This document shows, piece by piece, positions 12,545-25,700 of a DNA stretch of 64,000 bases. How positions within the stretch are numbered: the stretch's first letter is position 1; every line of letters begins with the position of its first letter. Under the pieces are notes generated by a model that had not been told where the DNA came from, searched no databases, and was given only the letters and a program-made list of their open reading frames with translations. Source of the stretch: Macrostomum lignano. Its lineage: Eukaryota. Made by a program: the position numbers and the translations under genes. The stretch is from the NCBI GenBank assembly GCA_002269645.1, contig NIVC01001877.1, positions 62,001-126,000 of the forward strand, given 5' to 3'.

Positions 12545-13228
12545 CTAGCAATCTAGTGCCCCCCTTCGGGGCGCCGAACAGTTATTCATGCAAATCCATT
12601 AAAGAAGCACATTTTCTTGAAAACCGCGATTCTTTCTTCGGTTTATAAATCACCTTATATTTGAGTAAAATTGTCATGGACAAAGATGTCTGCTATGAAT
12701 CTCTTGTCTAAAAGTAATAAAAGTACACAACAAAATAAAGCCTTCACAAAGATAATAGGCGTTCCCCCTAAGTAGAAAGCATTCCCTAGACGGCAAGCAT
12801 CGCCCACCCACCCCCCCACCGAGATAGCAAGCATCCCCAGATAGCAAGCATCCCCAGATAGATCCCCCAGATAGCAAGCATCCCCCAGATAGCAAGCATC
12901 CCCAGATAGCAAGCATCCCCAGATAGCAAGCATCCCCCAGATAGCAAGCATCCCCCAGATAGCAAGCATCCCCCAGATAGCAAGCATCCCCCAGATAGCA
13001 AGCATCCCCCAGATAGCAAGCATCCCCCAGATAGCAAGCATCCCCCAGATAGCAAGCATCCCCCAGATAGCAAGCATCCCCCAGATAGCAAGCATCCCCA
13101 GATAGCAAGCATCCCCCAGATAGCAAGCATCCCCCAGATAGCAAGCATCCCCCAGATAGCAAGCATCCCCAAATAGCAAGTACCCTCCGATAGCAATAAA
13201 TTATATTAAGGTATATTATAAACCGAGA
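12545..13228 (-). mobile_element. Non-autonomous Helitron-type element carrying an 18-19-bp minisatellite
   Basis: Minus strand: A|TC 5' end (TCTCGGTTTATAATATACC), internal array (CAGATAGCAAGCATCCCC on +, 12820-13190), 3' hairpin GCGCCCCGAAGGGGGGCAC then TAGATTG-CTAG|T. Homologous copy at 50273. Confidence 0.75.
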
Positions 13229-14250
13229 TGGAAACTGCTTCAGGTAGAATTCAGCTGCATCCAGAATCCACGAAACAGGGCATCTGCGCTCGTGCAACAG
13301 CAGCTCCGATTCTGCTTGATTATGCGAAATGAACCCAAGGACTACTCAAGCAGAATGACGGGAAACTACATTTCCTGGAAATTTTTAGAAGGCAGGCTCT
13401 GCCGAATAAATACATGTACATTACTGGGAATGAACGCGGTTTTCAGTTTATAGGCACAAAATTTGTTACTTTTGATAGGACGCAGACCCAATGCTCGTCT
13501 TCTGATAATGACATTCGTAGGCTCTTTGTTTGAAAACAATTAGGATTCTGTGATGTTAACTTTTTATGTTACTACATGTCCTGTGCCTAAATATCCGAAA
13601 AATGGCAAACAGCTTGATTCATTCGCTTTATGAATCTATATTTACTCATACTTACTACGCTCGTGCAATGATTCAAGCATTCCGAAAAATGAGACCATTG
13701 TGAACTAGACTAAGTAGCTTTTCTCAGAAATATTAGCCTAGTATAATTAAAGCCTTTTATTCTTAACAAGAAGCTCTACAAAAATCAATGGAGCTATAAG
13801 AAAAGAAAAGGGCTGGAATTGTGAAACGATGTCGCTGAAGATGTTGCGCCTGGATGCCCGCAGCCCTCCGGTGAATATTTGCATCTACTTATTAATTCGC
13901 TTGCAATCAGCGAAGCTGCGTACGTGTGTGTGGTATTAGATTATTTGCTGACGCCTGACAGGTATTTATTCATAGTTGACAAAAACAGCTAACAATGCGC
14001 TAAAACACATCTAGTGCGATTTTGCAACACTTACATACGAGCTGGTCCCTCAACGAGTTTTGTTTAGTTTCGAACTGAACTTGTCAACGGGTGAACTTCA
14101 AACTCAACTGTGTTGTACACTGCAACAATCACTGGTAAAAGCAGGAAAACTCCTATTCCAATAAGAACATATCAAATAAAATCGACAACGAAGCGACATT
14201 AATTATATCGGGTGTAAGAAACTGAAAATTTTCAGTTTAGATGAACTTGC

Positions 14251-15399
14251 TCAATCATCAATTGTTTCAACGGTAACAACGACATTCGGGTTCATCAGAG
14301 CGACCTCCAGATGCTGCTGCTGCTGATGGCACTGCTGCTGCTGCCCAGAAGCTCTGCGAGGTCGGTCGTCCGCCTGCCGATGGTTGTCGTTGCGATTCAG
14401 CCGGTCAGACCAGCGCTGCGGCAGGCAGCGGCTCAGGCAGCGGCTCAGGCCCTGGCGGAACGGCTTGTTGTACCAGGCGTACAGCACGGGATTCCAGGCG
14501 CTGTTCAGGTAGCCCAGCAGAGTTGAGCAGTGCGACGTGAGCCACAGGACTCGGTACGATTTGATGACCCCCGCCAAGTTCAGCGCCACGTGGATCCAGT
14601 GCGGTAGGGTGCAGACGGTGTACAGCAGGATCACAGCCGCCACCATGAGGGTCACGCGGCCAAAGCGCCTCTGAGCGGCCTGGGCGCCAGCAGTTGTGGC
14701 CTGAGACTGGTTGAGCAGCTTCCTGATGAGCATACCGTAGAACACCGCGAGCAGGAGGAGCGGCACGGCGAACCCGACGGTGAAAGCGCAAGCCGAGAAG
14801 ATCATCGGGTCCTGCACGAGGCTCTGAAGGACGTCTAAGAAGGCGTCGGAGCGGTTGAGCTTCGGCGCAAAGTGGCCGCAGCTGTAGAGGACCTTCAAGT
14901 CCGTGCCGTTCAGCAGCCACGCATTGGCTGTGACGCTGGTGAGGAACCCGATGGGGCTCACGAGGAGGCCGCTCAGGATCCACAGGCCCAGCGTGAGGCC
15001 CCAGGCGAACCGGCGGTTGCGGAGGCTGCCGGAGCGCTCAGGCATCGCCACGGCAACGAACCGATCGAATCCCAGAGCGGTGATGATGAAGATGCTGGCG
15101 GTCCAGTTCGTGTAGTGGATCATGTAGTTCATCTTGCACAGGGCCGTTCCCCACAGCCAGCTGTTCACGGTTGCTAGGCGGATGAGCGGCACAATGGAGA
15201 CGAGATGGAGCAGGTCGGCCACAGCCAAGTTAGCCAGGTAGACGTTGATCACCTTGTGCGCCGTTTTCTGAGTCACCGCAGCGATGAGCACTGCAGCGTT
15301 GCCCAGCAGGCCCGCGGCGAACACGACTCCAAGGAGCTTGGCGAAGTGCTTGTACCAGAAGGCGAACATGGTGTCGCTTTGCTGCTCTGCTCCAGACAC
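14251..15399 (-). CDS. Rhodopsin-family (class A) GPCR, neuropeptide-receptor type (somatostatin/allatostatin/opioid-like)
   Basis: Uninterrupted 7-TM ORF: GN (TM1), NLAVADL (TM2), FDRF (TM3), W (TM4), FAVP (TM5), CTLPHW (TM6), NSAWNPVLY (TM7). First in-frame ATG is at 15369; the N-terminus is very short and an upstream exon is possible. The subfamily call is inference. Confidence 0.92.
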   Translation of the reverse strand: MSGAEQQSDTMFAFWYKHFAKLLGVVFAAGLLGNAAVLIAAVTQKTAHKVINVYLANLAVADLLHLVSIVPLIRLATVNSWLWGTALCKMNYMIHYTNWTASIFIITALGFDRFVAVAMPERSGSLRNRRFAWGLTLGLWILSGLLVSPIGFLTSVTANAWLLNGTDLKVLYSCGHFAPKLNRSDAFLDVLQSLVQDPMIFSACAFTVGFAVPLLLLAVFYGMLIRKLLNQSQATTAGAQAAQRRFGRVTLMVAAVILLYTVCTLPHWIHVALNLAGVIKSYRVLWLTSHCSTLLGYLNSAWNPVLYAWYNKPFRQGLSRCLSRCLPQRWSDRLNRNDNHRQADDRPRRASGQQQQCHQQQQHLEVALMNPNVVVTVETIDD

Positions 15400-17169
15400 T
15401 GGGATTAGGGGATAGCGGGTTGCAGAGCATTATTGATATGCGCTGGGAAGACAATCTGAGACGCCATTGGTCGGCAGGCATTGGCTGCAGCGAGGCCCAG
15501 ACCGCCTCCGCGCTGTCTTTCCTTTTCGAGGACAGCCTGCTGTCATTCGCTGGAGCTCCTGAAAGAGCACAGAACTCGGAATTGTATTGACAACTCCCAA
15601 ATAACAACAAAGCGAAGAAAGGACGCTTCCAATTTTTAAAAACTACGCTCTATAATCTAAGACCTAATTTTCCTCTGTGGTTTTTGCTCTAGATCATGCT
15701 GCTTTAATAAGTCTAATTGCGCACTCTTACGCTTGTTTGTTTTAGCCTGCGTACGTATAGCAGGACGAGCCCTGAAACACGAGAGCTGAACACTGCTGTT
15801 AAATCCAATTAGTGAGATAATGCCACGCGGGAACGTGCAAGAGGGAACGCTCTCCGGTATCTGCATGTTGAACAAACTCTCAAAGGTCATCACAATCGAA
15901 ATCAAATGGCGACCGTTCGCGTGATTTGATGGCTCAGCTGATGGCGGTGAGAATGAGTCTGTCTATAGAATTAATTGCCCGCCCGAGAATTGCCCGTGTA
16001 ATATCTCGAATCAGTTCCAAACGTCAAAGTTTTTTAAAAGGGGTTCTGGGTCTGGATTCGTAACATGTACTTTTATATACATACTACTAAGTAACGTAGC
16101 AATATCAATAGCAGCTGATGGCACTGCATGTCTTTTGACAATGACGCCCTCACGAGGGTGTACATGTACAGCCTGCATGGTCTGTAAACTCAGATACTCC
16201 AAAATACATCTGGGAGGTAAATAGAACTGGGAGGCTGGCCCAACAACTGACGCTCTGGAAGGCTGACCCAGCAACTGCATGGGGATCTGGGAGGCTGGCA
16301 CAGCAACTGGGGATCTGGGAGGCTGGCTTAACAACTGAGGATCTGGGAAGATTGGCTCAAAAAAACTAAAGGTCTGCAAAAGTGTCCCTGTTACTTTCGC
16401 TTATTTTTGGTCAAAGCAGTACGACAATATACCCGCTATTTACAGTGTATAGTATTGCAGTTAGCATCGGCATTAAGCCTATTCGTAGGCGTTTCAAATT
16501 CCTTTCAACGCGATCTGTAGGCTGACTAAAATTATAATTATTATCCGTAATAAAAAAATTCTAGTATAAAGAAAAAAATTTGTTACCTGCTGATGTCCGG
16601 AATGAAAGAATTCCAAGAAAGGGGTTGTGGAGAACTCGAGAATGCATGGAATTAAAATTTCGATTAGATCATCTCACTATCTCTCAGTAATCTTGGTCCA
16701 TCTAAGGAGGCAAACTTTTTGGCGCCGCTAGGTGGAAGATAGACAAAGCATTAATTGCAGGCGTGCCCAGCTGACCTGTCCACCGCCCCGGTCTCATTAA
16801 AACCGCTTAGCGCCGCGAACTGCCTTACTTCTGTAGTTGAGTCTTAAAAAGTCGATATACATGTAAAATTCCATCTTACCGTGTCTCTTCAAGTTATCAA
16901 GTGTAAGCCATGAATAACCCAATTAGCCATTTAATTTAATTGCTACAATTGTTGCCACTATAGCGAATTCAGCTGGATGCGCTTTCCACACGGGACCGAG
17001 GAACGGGTTGAGCTGACTAGCGCAGATAGCTTCTTGTTTTGAGCATATGTTGAAAAAAAAACCCAGAATGCTTGAGCGTCATTTCCAATGGCTAGTATCT
17101 TGAGTAGTCTAAATCATAACAATACGTTCGTTAAAAATAATATTTGATTACACCTGCCCTAATAGGTAG

Positions 17170-17330
17170 ATGAGCAACCGACAGCTCAGCCGCAGCTTTT
17201 TGAGCGGCGCATCTAAAGGCTGCGTACGGCTGTTCAGTCCAAGGACACAAGGACTGGGGGATCGCCGCACCCTCAATTACCCCAGGTAATGATGGCACCT
17301 ATTTTATAGCTGGGTGAACTGAATCAATTA
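17170..17330 (-). mobile_element. 5'-truncated SINE copy (homologous to 38580-38823)
   Basis: Shares GCAACCGA.AGCTCAGCC.CAGCT..GGCTGTTCAGTCCAA..TAATG.TGGCACC.AT.T.A.AGCTG with the 38.6-kb copy; lacks the tRNA head. Confidence 0.65.
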
Positions 17331-17719
17331 CTGTACTCTACTACTGTGGCTCTACTACAGTGGTCCTTGGCTACAACCCTGCATGTGAGTAGACACAAAT
17401 GCACATATGCATTTACATGTAGCTTTAGCATTTATGGACATTGCTACGTGATCTCTTCGGCGGGAGGCCCTTGGAAACACAAAATTTGACAGCCTGCCAT
17501 TTGAAGTTCCCTTAAACCAAGGCAAAATTTTTCCAAGTCATAACTATTCAAAGTCGAGTCTTAATATATGGAAATGTTTCCTTTCAAAAGTTCTGTTCTG
17601 TGTAAATTAATAAATAAATATTGATGAATAGTTACGAGCGTAGAAAAATATGGCTTCCTAGGAAACGAAGCGACCACAGATCTAGAAGATCCCCTGGATA
17701 AAGTTTATAATATTCTCGT

Positions 17720-18110
17720 ATGGTATATTATAAAATAGCCGAGCTGGTTTGCATAAAGTGGCTTGCAACTAGTCAGAACGGAGGGCTCGCGCATATTATA
17801 ACGCAGAACGCAGCATTGCAAGAGTGCGCGGCGTCCAGGTCCATGCAGGTACTTCTCCAGGGCAGTCGTCAGGGTCGGTCAGGTCTCAGTCTGATAGAGT
17901 AGAACGGTCTCAAACGTCATCCAGACTCCAGAGCCTCAGATCGCAGCACACTCAAGGCGGCCCAGGCCAGCCCGCATCTTTTTCTCATGTCGCTAACGAT
18001 GTCCGGCACGAATGCGCCGATGTAAAACAAAATGCTGGCAGCTCGGAAGCGGGGTCTCATCCCGAGAGCATCTCGACAGGACGAGCCGAGCACACATGGA
18101 GACGCTTCTC
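17720..18110 (-). mobile_element. Decayed non-LTR retrotransposon (RTE/RTEX-like) RT C-terminal remnant
   Basis: Minus-strand frames give FYIGAFVPDIVSDMRKRCGLAWAAL (F.YLG motif followed by R...AW.A) and, after a frameshift, TVLLYQTET*PTLTTALEKYLHG (cf. SVLLYG.ETWTLT...EK.L.G). Contains stops and frameshifts. Confidence 0.6.
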
Positions 18111-18115
18111 CGAAT

Positions 18116-19078
18116 GCCGCCGGCTCATGCGATGTCTAGGCAGGAAGCATTACCGGTGTCCCCTCCAGTACCGCCGGCTCATGCGATGTCTAGGCAGGAA
18201 GCATTACCGGTGTCCCCTCCAGTACCGCCGGCTCATGCGATGTCTAGGCAGGAAGCATTACCGGTGTCCCCTCCAGTACCGCCGGCTCATGCGATGTCTA
18301 GGCAGGAAGCATTACCGGTGTCCCCTCCAGTACCGCCGGCTCATGCGATGTCTAGGCAGGAAGCATTACCGGTGTCCCCTCCAGTACCGCCGGCTCATGC
18401 GATGTCTAGGCAGGAAGCATTACCGGTGGGATCCCCTCCAGTACCGCCGGCTCATGCGATGTCTAGGCAGGAAGCATTACCGGTGGGATCCCCTCCAGTA
18501 CCGCCGGCTCATGCGATGTCTAGGCAGGAAGCATTACCGGTGGGATCCCCTCCAGTACCGCCGGCTCATGCGATGTCTAGGCAGGAAGCATTACTGGTGG
18601 GATCCCCTCCAGTACCGCCGGCTCATGCGATGTCTAGGCAGGAAGCATTACCGGTGTCCCCTCCAGTACCGCCGGCTCATGCGATGTCTAGGCAGGAAGC
18701 ATTACCGGTGGGATCCCCTCCAGTACCGCCGGCTCATGCGATGTCTAGGCAGGAAGCATTACCGGTGTCCCCTCCAGTACCGCCGGCTCATGCGATGTCT
18801 AGGCAGGAAGCATTACCGGTGTCCCCTCCAGTACCACCGGCTCATGCGATGTCTAGGCAGGAAGCATTACCGGTGTCCCCTCCAGTACCGCCGGCTCATG
18901 CGATGTCTAGGCAGGAAGCATTACCGGTGGGATCCCCTCCAGTACCGCCGGCTCATGCGATGTCTAGGCAGGAAGCATTACCGGTGGGATCCCCTCCAGT
19001 ACCGCCGGCTCATGCGATGTCTAGGCAGGAAGCATTACCGGTGGGATCCCCTCCAGTACCGCCGGCTCATGCGATGTC
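18116..19078. repeat. Highly homogeneous 51/54-bp tandem array (17 full units plus one partial)
   Basis: Unit CCGCCGGCTCATGCGATGTCTAGGCAGGAAGCATTACCGGTG(GGA)TCCCCTCCAGTA; only two point variants seen. Confidence 0.97.
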
Positions 19079-19556
19079 TTCTACACGAAAATAAAAACGC
19101 GGATAGCCAATCCATTTTTTTTGCAGTTATAACAAGTTAAATCAATCTGGTTAAAATCGAGAGAAAAAATCAGATCGCCCTTGCGTCATTCGTATATTTT
19201 ACGGCGATGCGGCATAGGGAACCGAAGCAATGGACAATCAGTCTGATTAGAAATTTTTTGTTAAAGAATAATAGAAATTATACAATCTTTTAGTTATATA
19301 AAGGGCAATAAATACAGAAATGAGCGTATTAGTGACAGTCCCATTAAACAGTTGTTAGGAAGTTCGAAAAGAAGTGCTGAAGATCAAAAGCAGCAGAAAT
19401 AAATTGGAAAAAAATAATAGCAATTCCGCAGTAAAGCGATATTAAGCCATATTAAGAAAATATGAACATACGATAATATAATATATTATATTAGTTTAGG
19501 AAACGTCACATATGTAATCAACTGGGATAGACAGCCTTAAATAATAAACTCTTAAA

Positions 19557-19620
19557 TCTGACAAGTAGGTATTTTGTCTGACAAGTAGGTAACTTGTCTG
19601 ACAAGTAGGTATTTTGTCTG
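19557..19620. repeat. Short 20-bp tandem repeat (TCTGACAAGTAGGTATTTTG, about 3.5 units)
   Basis: Visible directly downstream of the CHMP4 stop. Confidence 0.85.
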
Positions 19621-19784
19621 ACACGGTACCCTATTCTCAAACATGTAAAAAACTATAAACTAAGAATGCACCCAACTGGATGAATATCTAACCGCAACTT
19701 TATTTAGATGAAGTTGATCGATTCAATTATCATTCTAGTACATGTATATTCCAGTTTTGTCAGGCTCAGCACAAGTTTAGCCAG

Positions 19785-22700
19785 TCAAGTAGCCCAAGCC
19801 TCTAGTTCTCGCATCTCGTCTTCCTCAGATTTGGCGCCAGCCGCGGACGCCGGGACGCTGTCGCCGCCGCGCAGCGAGTCCTTTGGCGCGCTAGGCAGCT
19901 CGGGCACGCTGGAGCCGCCAACATCGAGCAGCTGCTTGTCCAGCTCCTCCTGCTCAAGCTCCTCTAATTCGGCTAAAAGTTCGTCTTCGTCGGCGTCGTT
20001 GCCAAAGCCAACCGGACTGCTGATAGCGTCGCTAATCTCCTGGGCAATCTCCTGCTGTTCGTGGATCTCGTCCATAACATCGTGGACCTGACGATGACCA
20101 GCAATTGATGTTTGAGGGTTTAAATTTCAACGTTAAATTGACACGCATCCGGAATTCGGACCCCGTATGCCAAATCGTAAAAAAACCCAGTTTTACTTCA
20201 TTTACTCCAAGTTCCATATTTTTTATACTTCATTAGTAGTAACAACTAGTTTTATAATTATTAGGAGTCATATGATTTCAATATAATAATCATGCAGTCT
20301 GCGGACTTCTACGGGTCAGAGACAGGCTCAACAGAGAAAATGTAAACGTTGGGGCAGTGATGTCGATGTTTTAATTGATATTAAAGTAGTTGGGCCACTG
20401 GTATATCTGTGCCGACTTTCACTTAGTCATCGATTAAGTTCATCTGCCCGTTCGTTTTAGTTCGTCTCTGTTCGCTCTGTCTAATTCAGTCCTGTTACTC
20501 TTATCTCTATCCCTCGCTGCCTTCTGATTGGCTCTTCAATCTCGCTCTTACCGCAGTCGCGCGCTCCACCCCTCCTTTTCTTATCAGCACACAAAGTCCA
20601 TTAATTAAATGTCTTTTTTTCTTGTAATTTTAATTCAGCAGTTAACCAGTAAGCACAGATATTTGGCCTATAAAAACTACTAGATGGACCACTTAAGGCA
20701 GGGTTCGGCAAACTCAGGCGGCCCGTGAAGCCCTCTCTATCCGGCCCTCGGGTCTATAAAACTTCACAATAGCAATCTGGCCCGCTCAAAGTTTGTCTGT
20801 TCTCAGGTCTCCTCTCTCCGCTCCTTCGGGGTCTCCTATCCCTTCTCTCATCTTTCCACTCATCTAACCTCTCATCTCTCATCTATCATGTCGCCGCCTC
20901 TCGCCCCTGATCTACCCTCTCATCTCTCATCTCGCCTCCCTCCTCTCTCCCCACCTCTCCACTCTTCTATCCCTTCCCTCCTCTCTCCCCTCTCCTCTTC
21001 CTTCTCTCCTTTCTTCCATTCTCTTCCCTCTCCTCTCATCTCCACTCTTATCTCTTCTCTCTCTCTCTCTCACTCACACACACACACACACACACACACC
21101 TCCCTTCCTCCCTTTTCTCCTCTATTCCCTCTCTGGCCCGCAGTCACGCGCTAGATTTTATATCTGGCCCTTACGTTGAAAAAAGTTTGGCGACCCCTGA
21201 CTTAAAGTATACATACAGTATAGAAGAATGCTATTAGATTAGTGCTGTCGTTAGCCAATCGCCACTGAAGTGTACATGGCAGGCCAACTTTAGGCTATTA
21301 ATAAAACACCAGGCTAAAGAAGGCAAAAGAAGGGGGGTAATAAGAGATTTTTGGTTTGGTCAGGGGTTCAGCTGGGGTAACCTAAAAGAACATTAATTTG
21401 CTTTCTAATTAACTTGCTACTGGACTGAAAGTAGCTTACACGCAAATGTGCTGAGTTGCCTAGCTAGTTAATATAGTATCAGTTGTACTAAGGAAGGATA
21501 TGTTAACTATTGTACAAAAAAGAAATACAGCTTAATTGCCTTGTAGACCCAAAGTTTCTTGCTAATGGTCCAGCCAAATGATATGTTACAGACAGTAGCA
21601 TCAGCCAGGATATAATAGCAAACTGGGTTGGATCTGATCCTAAATGACACTAAAAAATGCTTCTTATTTAACATCCTACTTAAAACTGTCTTATTGACTA
21701 CTCACTAGCCTTACCTGATCTATGTTCATATCCTGATGAGCACTTTTCAGCGATTTAGCAGCCACTTGCATGGCTTTTAGCACTTCAGTATTTGTGCTAG
21801 CATTCTCCAGAGCTTCCCGTTGGAACTCAATAGTTGTCAGAGTGCCATCAATCTGAGTTAGTTGCTTTTCAAGGCGCTTCTTCCTAGCAAGTGCTTGGAG
21901 AGCAGCTGGTAGAAAAGGTTATAATGGGAATAAAAATAGTTTTAATTTTATTAAGTTTAATGAATAAAATTTAATAAAGTATTGTTGGCAAAAATGACAC
22001 AAAACTTTAAGTAATCTTCAATCAAGTGTTTATTTTTGTATATTTAATAGGACCTTATAATAAAAAACAAATAGCTATATGTACTCAATTAGGTTAGCAA
22101 ATAAAAATAGCAAATAGCAATAGCAATAAAAATTTATATTGCTAATACATATATTTCAAAATTATTTTACTGCCCCACTTTTTACCTCTCACTCTTAACT
22201 GGTTGCCCTACTTTATATCATTGTTTACTTGTGTATATTTTCACTTAACATCAAATATATCAACCCAGAGCATCTTGCTTAAATCCATTTTTGTTTTCAT
22301 TACATTAAAATATAACTAACTGTCTTTTCTAATTCTAGTCATTCTAGCAACCATTTTGCTTATTGCACTTTTTAACACAAAACATATTTATTGTATTTAT
22401 AGTTGGGTGCACAGAAAAATGACAAATTGAATATATTTTTTTTGATATTTTAAAAACTTATCCTTAACTTTAAGTCTATTAATCTAAGACAAAATTGACC
22501 TAGGGCTAGCCTAGAGGATAAATATAGGCTTAATATAATAGTGTATGACCAAGATGGCCATACACCTAGAAGGCCACAGCTCTAAATATCTAAATAGATA
22601 CTGATAAGCCTAGGTCTATATATTTCACTTATTTCCTATTGGTAGTAATTTGTATTAGGTGTAGATCTTCAAGTCTTAAGGAGATAGATGCAACTATATT

Positions 22701-25700
22701 GATATTATAATCATTCCCTTTGGCTTTAGCTTTTATTGTAGCCTGACCTACGAGTGTATAGATATTTATCTACTGAATAAAGGGGTTATACTGAATTCAT
22801 CAATAGACCCAAAGTTTAAGAAATTGGAAGAAATTGAATTTGTCAATAGTTGAAATAAGCTAATCAAATTCATCAACAATAAGACAGACTTACCTAAAGT
22901 TGTTTCCTAATATAATAATATAAATTTCTATAATTCAATGAGCAAAATATTGCCAAATATTTCAATATGACTTTATGAATGCATATTCTAAATGCTATTG
23001 TGCATATATGACTCAAAATCTAATGAATTAGGCAATTGATATTATGTATAAAATACCATATTGTACATAGTTGAATATCCAGATATGAGTACAAGTAAAT
23101 CAAGAGTCTATAAGGGTGTAATGGTTTGTGTGTTGCATATGCTTTATTAGACTTTATTGCATTTCTCAAGTGAATTAGGTCACTTTAATTCAAATTTTCA
23201 TCTGAAGTTTTGTTTATCTCAACTATTAACAAAGTTTTGGACTTAAGATTTTAAAATGCGTGCAAAAATAGTTCCAGGGATGTAATATTGGAATTTAGTA
23301 AATTTAAAATTGATAGGCATTAACAGCTTGTAAAAAATTAATATCCAATAAAAACCATTCTCTTTGATTATCTTACATGTATCTTCTCAATAGGCTTTGT
23401 CTTACACTTTTTAGCGTATAGTAAATATACTAGTCAATAATCTACATATTGTTAGGTAACTGAATTTATCAATAGTGCATGGTAAGTCAAACTGAATTTG
23501 TCAAAAGTCAATAAATTTGATGTTGACAAATCCAATGGCATCCAACTAAAGTAAGTAGTCTAATACAAATTAAAAACCTTGTTGCATATATATTTATCCT
23601 ATTTTTACAATTAACATAGCATTATCACTACCAATGGTTTTTTGATAAATGGAAAGTGATAGATTTGATAGATGTAATAATAGGGAATAAATTGGCTCAA
23701 ACATGGAAAAAGATTATTTTTTTAATTATGGGTAATTTGTTTCAAATCTATTATTGCAGCATATATCACTAATATCAGTATTTATAAATATTATAAGATT
23801 TAAAATCTATACATACAAAAATCAAAACTTTGCTGTGTGTATTGTAGTGAATGCGCCCTTGTCAGTTGGCAGGGTGCGTTGCACTTTGGGGCTGGTTGTT
23901 GGGGGGGGGGAAGTTGGCGGGCGTGGCAGGGTCTGGCCGCTGGCCGGGCTTTGCACGTGCCCCTCCCCAGCCGTGCCCCTGCCCCGTGTTTAGGGCTGGT
24001 TGGCTGCGGCTGGGCCAGCTTTGGCGCGGGTGTGGCCCCTCCCCCCTAAGCGGGGTTTTGATGGGCTGGCCAGCGCGGCCAGTCTCTTTTTTGTTGGGGT
24101 AGCTTGTTTGGTTGGGCTTAGCCGGTGGGGCCATTGGCCCCAGGGTTTGATTATTATTTAATGCGGCTCTAGGCCTTGCTCTCGCCCTTTGCTCTGTTTG
24201 TTCTGTTTGTGCTTTTTGTGTTTTTGTGGGCTCCAAGATAGCAAGCGCGAGACTTGACTTGAGTAAGAAACAGCGACATTAGCTACCTACGATAACAGAA
24301 ACCCGAGAGCTCAATTGAGAAGTCAGTCTTTGAAAAGAGTCTGAGAATTGAGAAGAAATTAGAATCTGGCTTGAGACCTCAGAGCCAATCAACAAACGTG
24401 CAAACCTGCACTTGAGACCTACGAGCAATAAACGTACAAACAGCGATTTGGCCACTGGTAAGCCGCCTGCTGCTTGAGTTCGTTCTTTTCTGGGAGCTTG
24501 TTAGGCCGAGTTCTTGCCAGAGCGTCATAACGCCGGGAGATCATATAGCTTTTTGTAGTATTGTACCGTCTACTCTATATAGTGTGTACAACCTACAGTA
24601 TTGAGATTAGAAGCACTCGAGAGTGTCACCACACCCCGAGTCGCAGCGTGAACTCTGAGTGTCACAACACCAGAGGGATTGAACTATTATCGCAGAGCGT
24701 TGTCACGCCTGCTCGTTTCCATAAAAGTACAGACAGAGCATCACTACGCCTGTATCTTACGTATAATATATATTGTACTCGGGACTGGGCACCCAAACCA
24801 ACCTGGGTTACAACAGTATATGTCTAAATACAATTTTGATTGCTATGGACTCCCAAATGACTCAACCAAATTTTGCACCCACCCTAAACATACTATGAAG
24901 AATGTCTTAGGCTACCCTAAATTTTCTTAAATTTGAGTCTTCCTACCTAAAAGTACAAAAAACTGCTCAAAATATGCAATTTTTTACTAAATCCTCCATA
25001 GCGCCACTCCACTTCTACTGATCATCTTCAAATTTAACACAAATAATCTTCAACTATTTTGATACAAATGCATAAAATTTGAGTTTCAAAGTTAATCCAA
25101 ATAGTGCTATGCACTTTTAAAGTTCAGCTGTTTTTTGTCAGCAAGATAGCCACTCCAACCTCCGCCTACCTGTCTCTCTTTTCCAATCTGGGCAGCCTAG
25201 ATATGTAAAAGGGTTTCAAAATTGACTAACTTTCAGCTGTTATAAGTTTGCTCCACGTAAAGTGATTGACTTCAAACTTGACACAATTCTTCATTGACTC
25301 ATTCTCTATCTAAATGTAAAGTTTCAACTCTGTAACCCAATCAGAACAGAAACTGTAAGCATGTGAAGTTTGTCTGCTTTTTCTGTTGTTTGTGTCATTT
25401 ACTCATTCATTCCCCCCAGAGCCAGACCAAGGGTCAGGCGATAGGGCTGAATGTACATAGCAAATATACAGTGTTTTAGAATAACTTTTTAAAAGCCTTT
25501 TATGTACCCCTATGGAGAGGCTAAATTTAGCTATCCATAATAGTTTAGTGAGAAATTCTAACCACTGTCTATATAGGCAAATTCTGCAGCAGTTTAACAG
25601 TGGATGACAATTGACAAATTAAGGCAATTCAGCATGGTTTGTAAAAGTGTAAGATTTATGAAAAGGCAATGCAATGCAATACAACCCTACTAGATTAGGC

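Noticed and set aside
18116-19078. CRISPR-like appearance of this and other regular arrays
   Set aside because: Units are contiguous with no unique spacers, there are no cas genes, and the context is eukaryotic.
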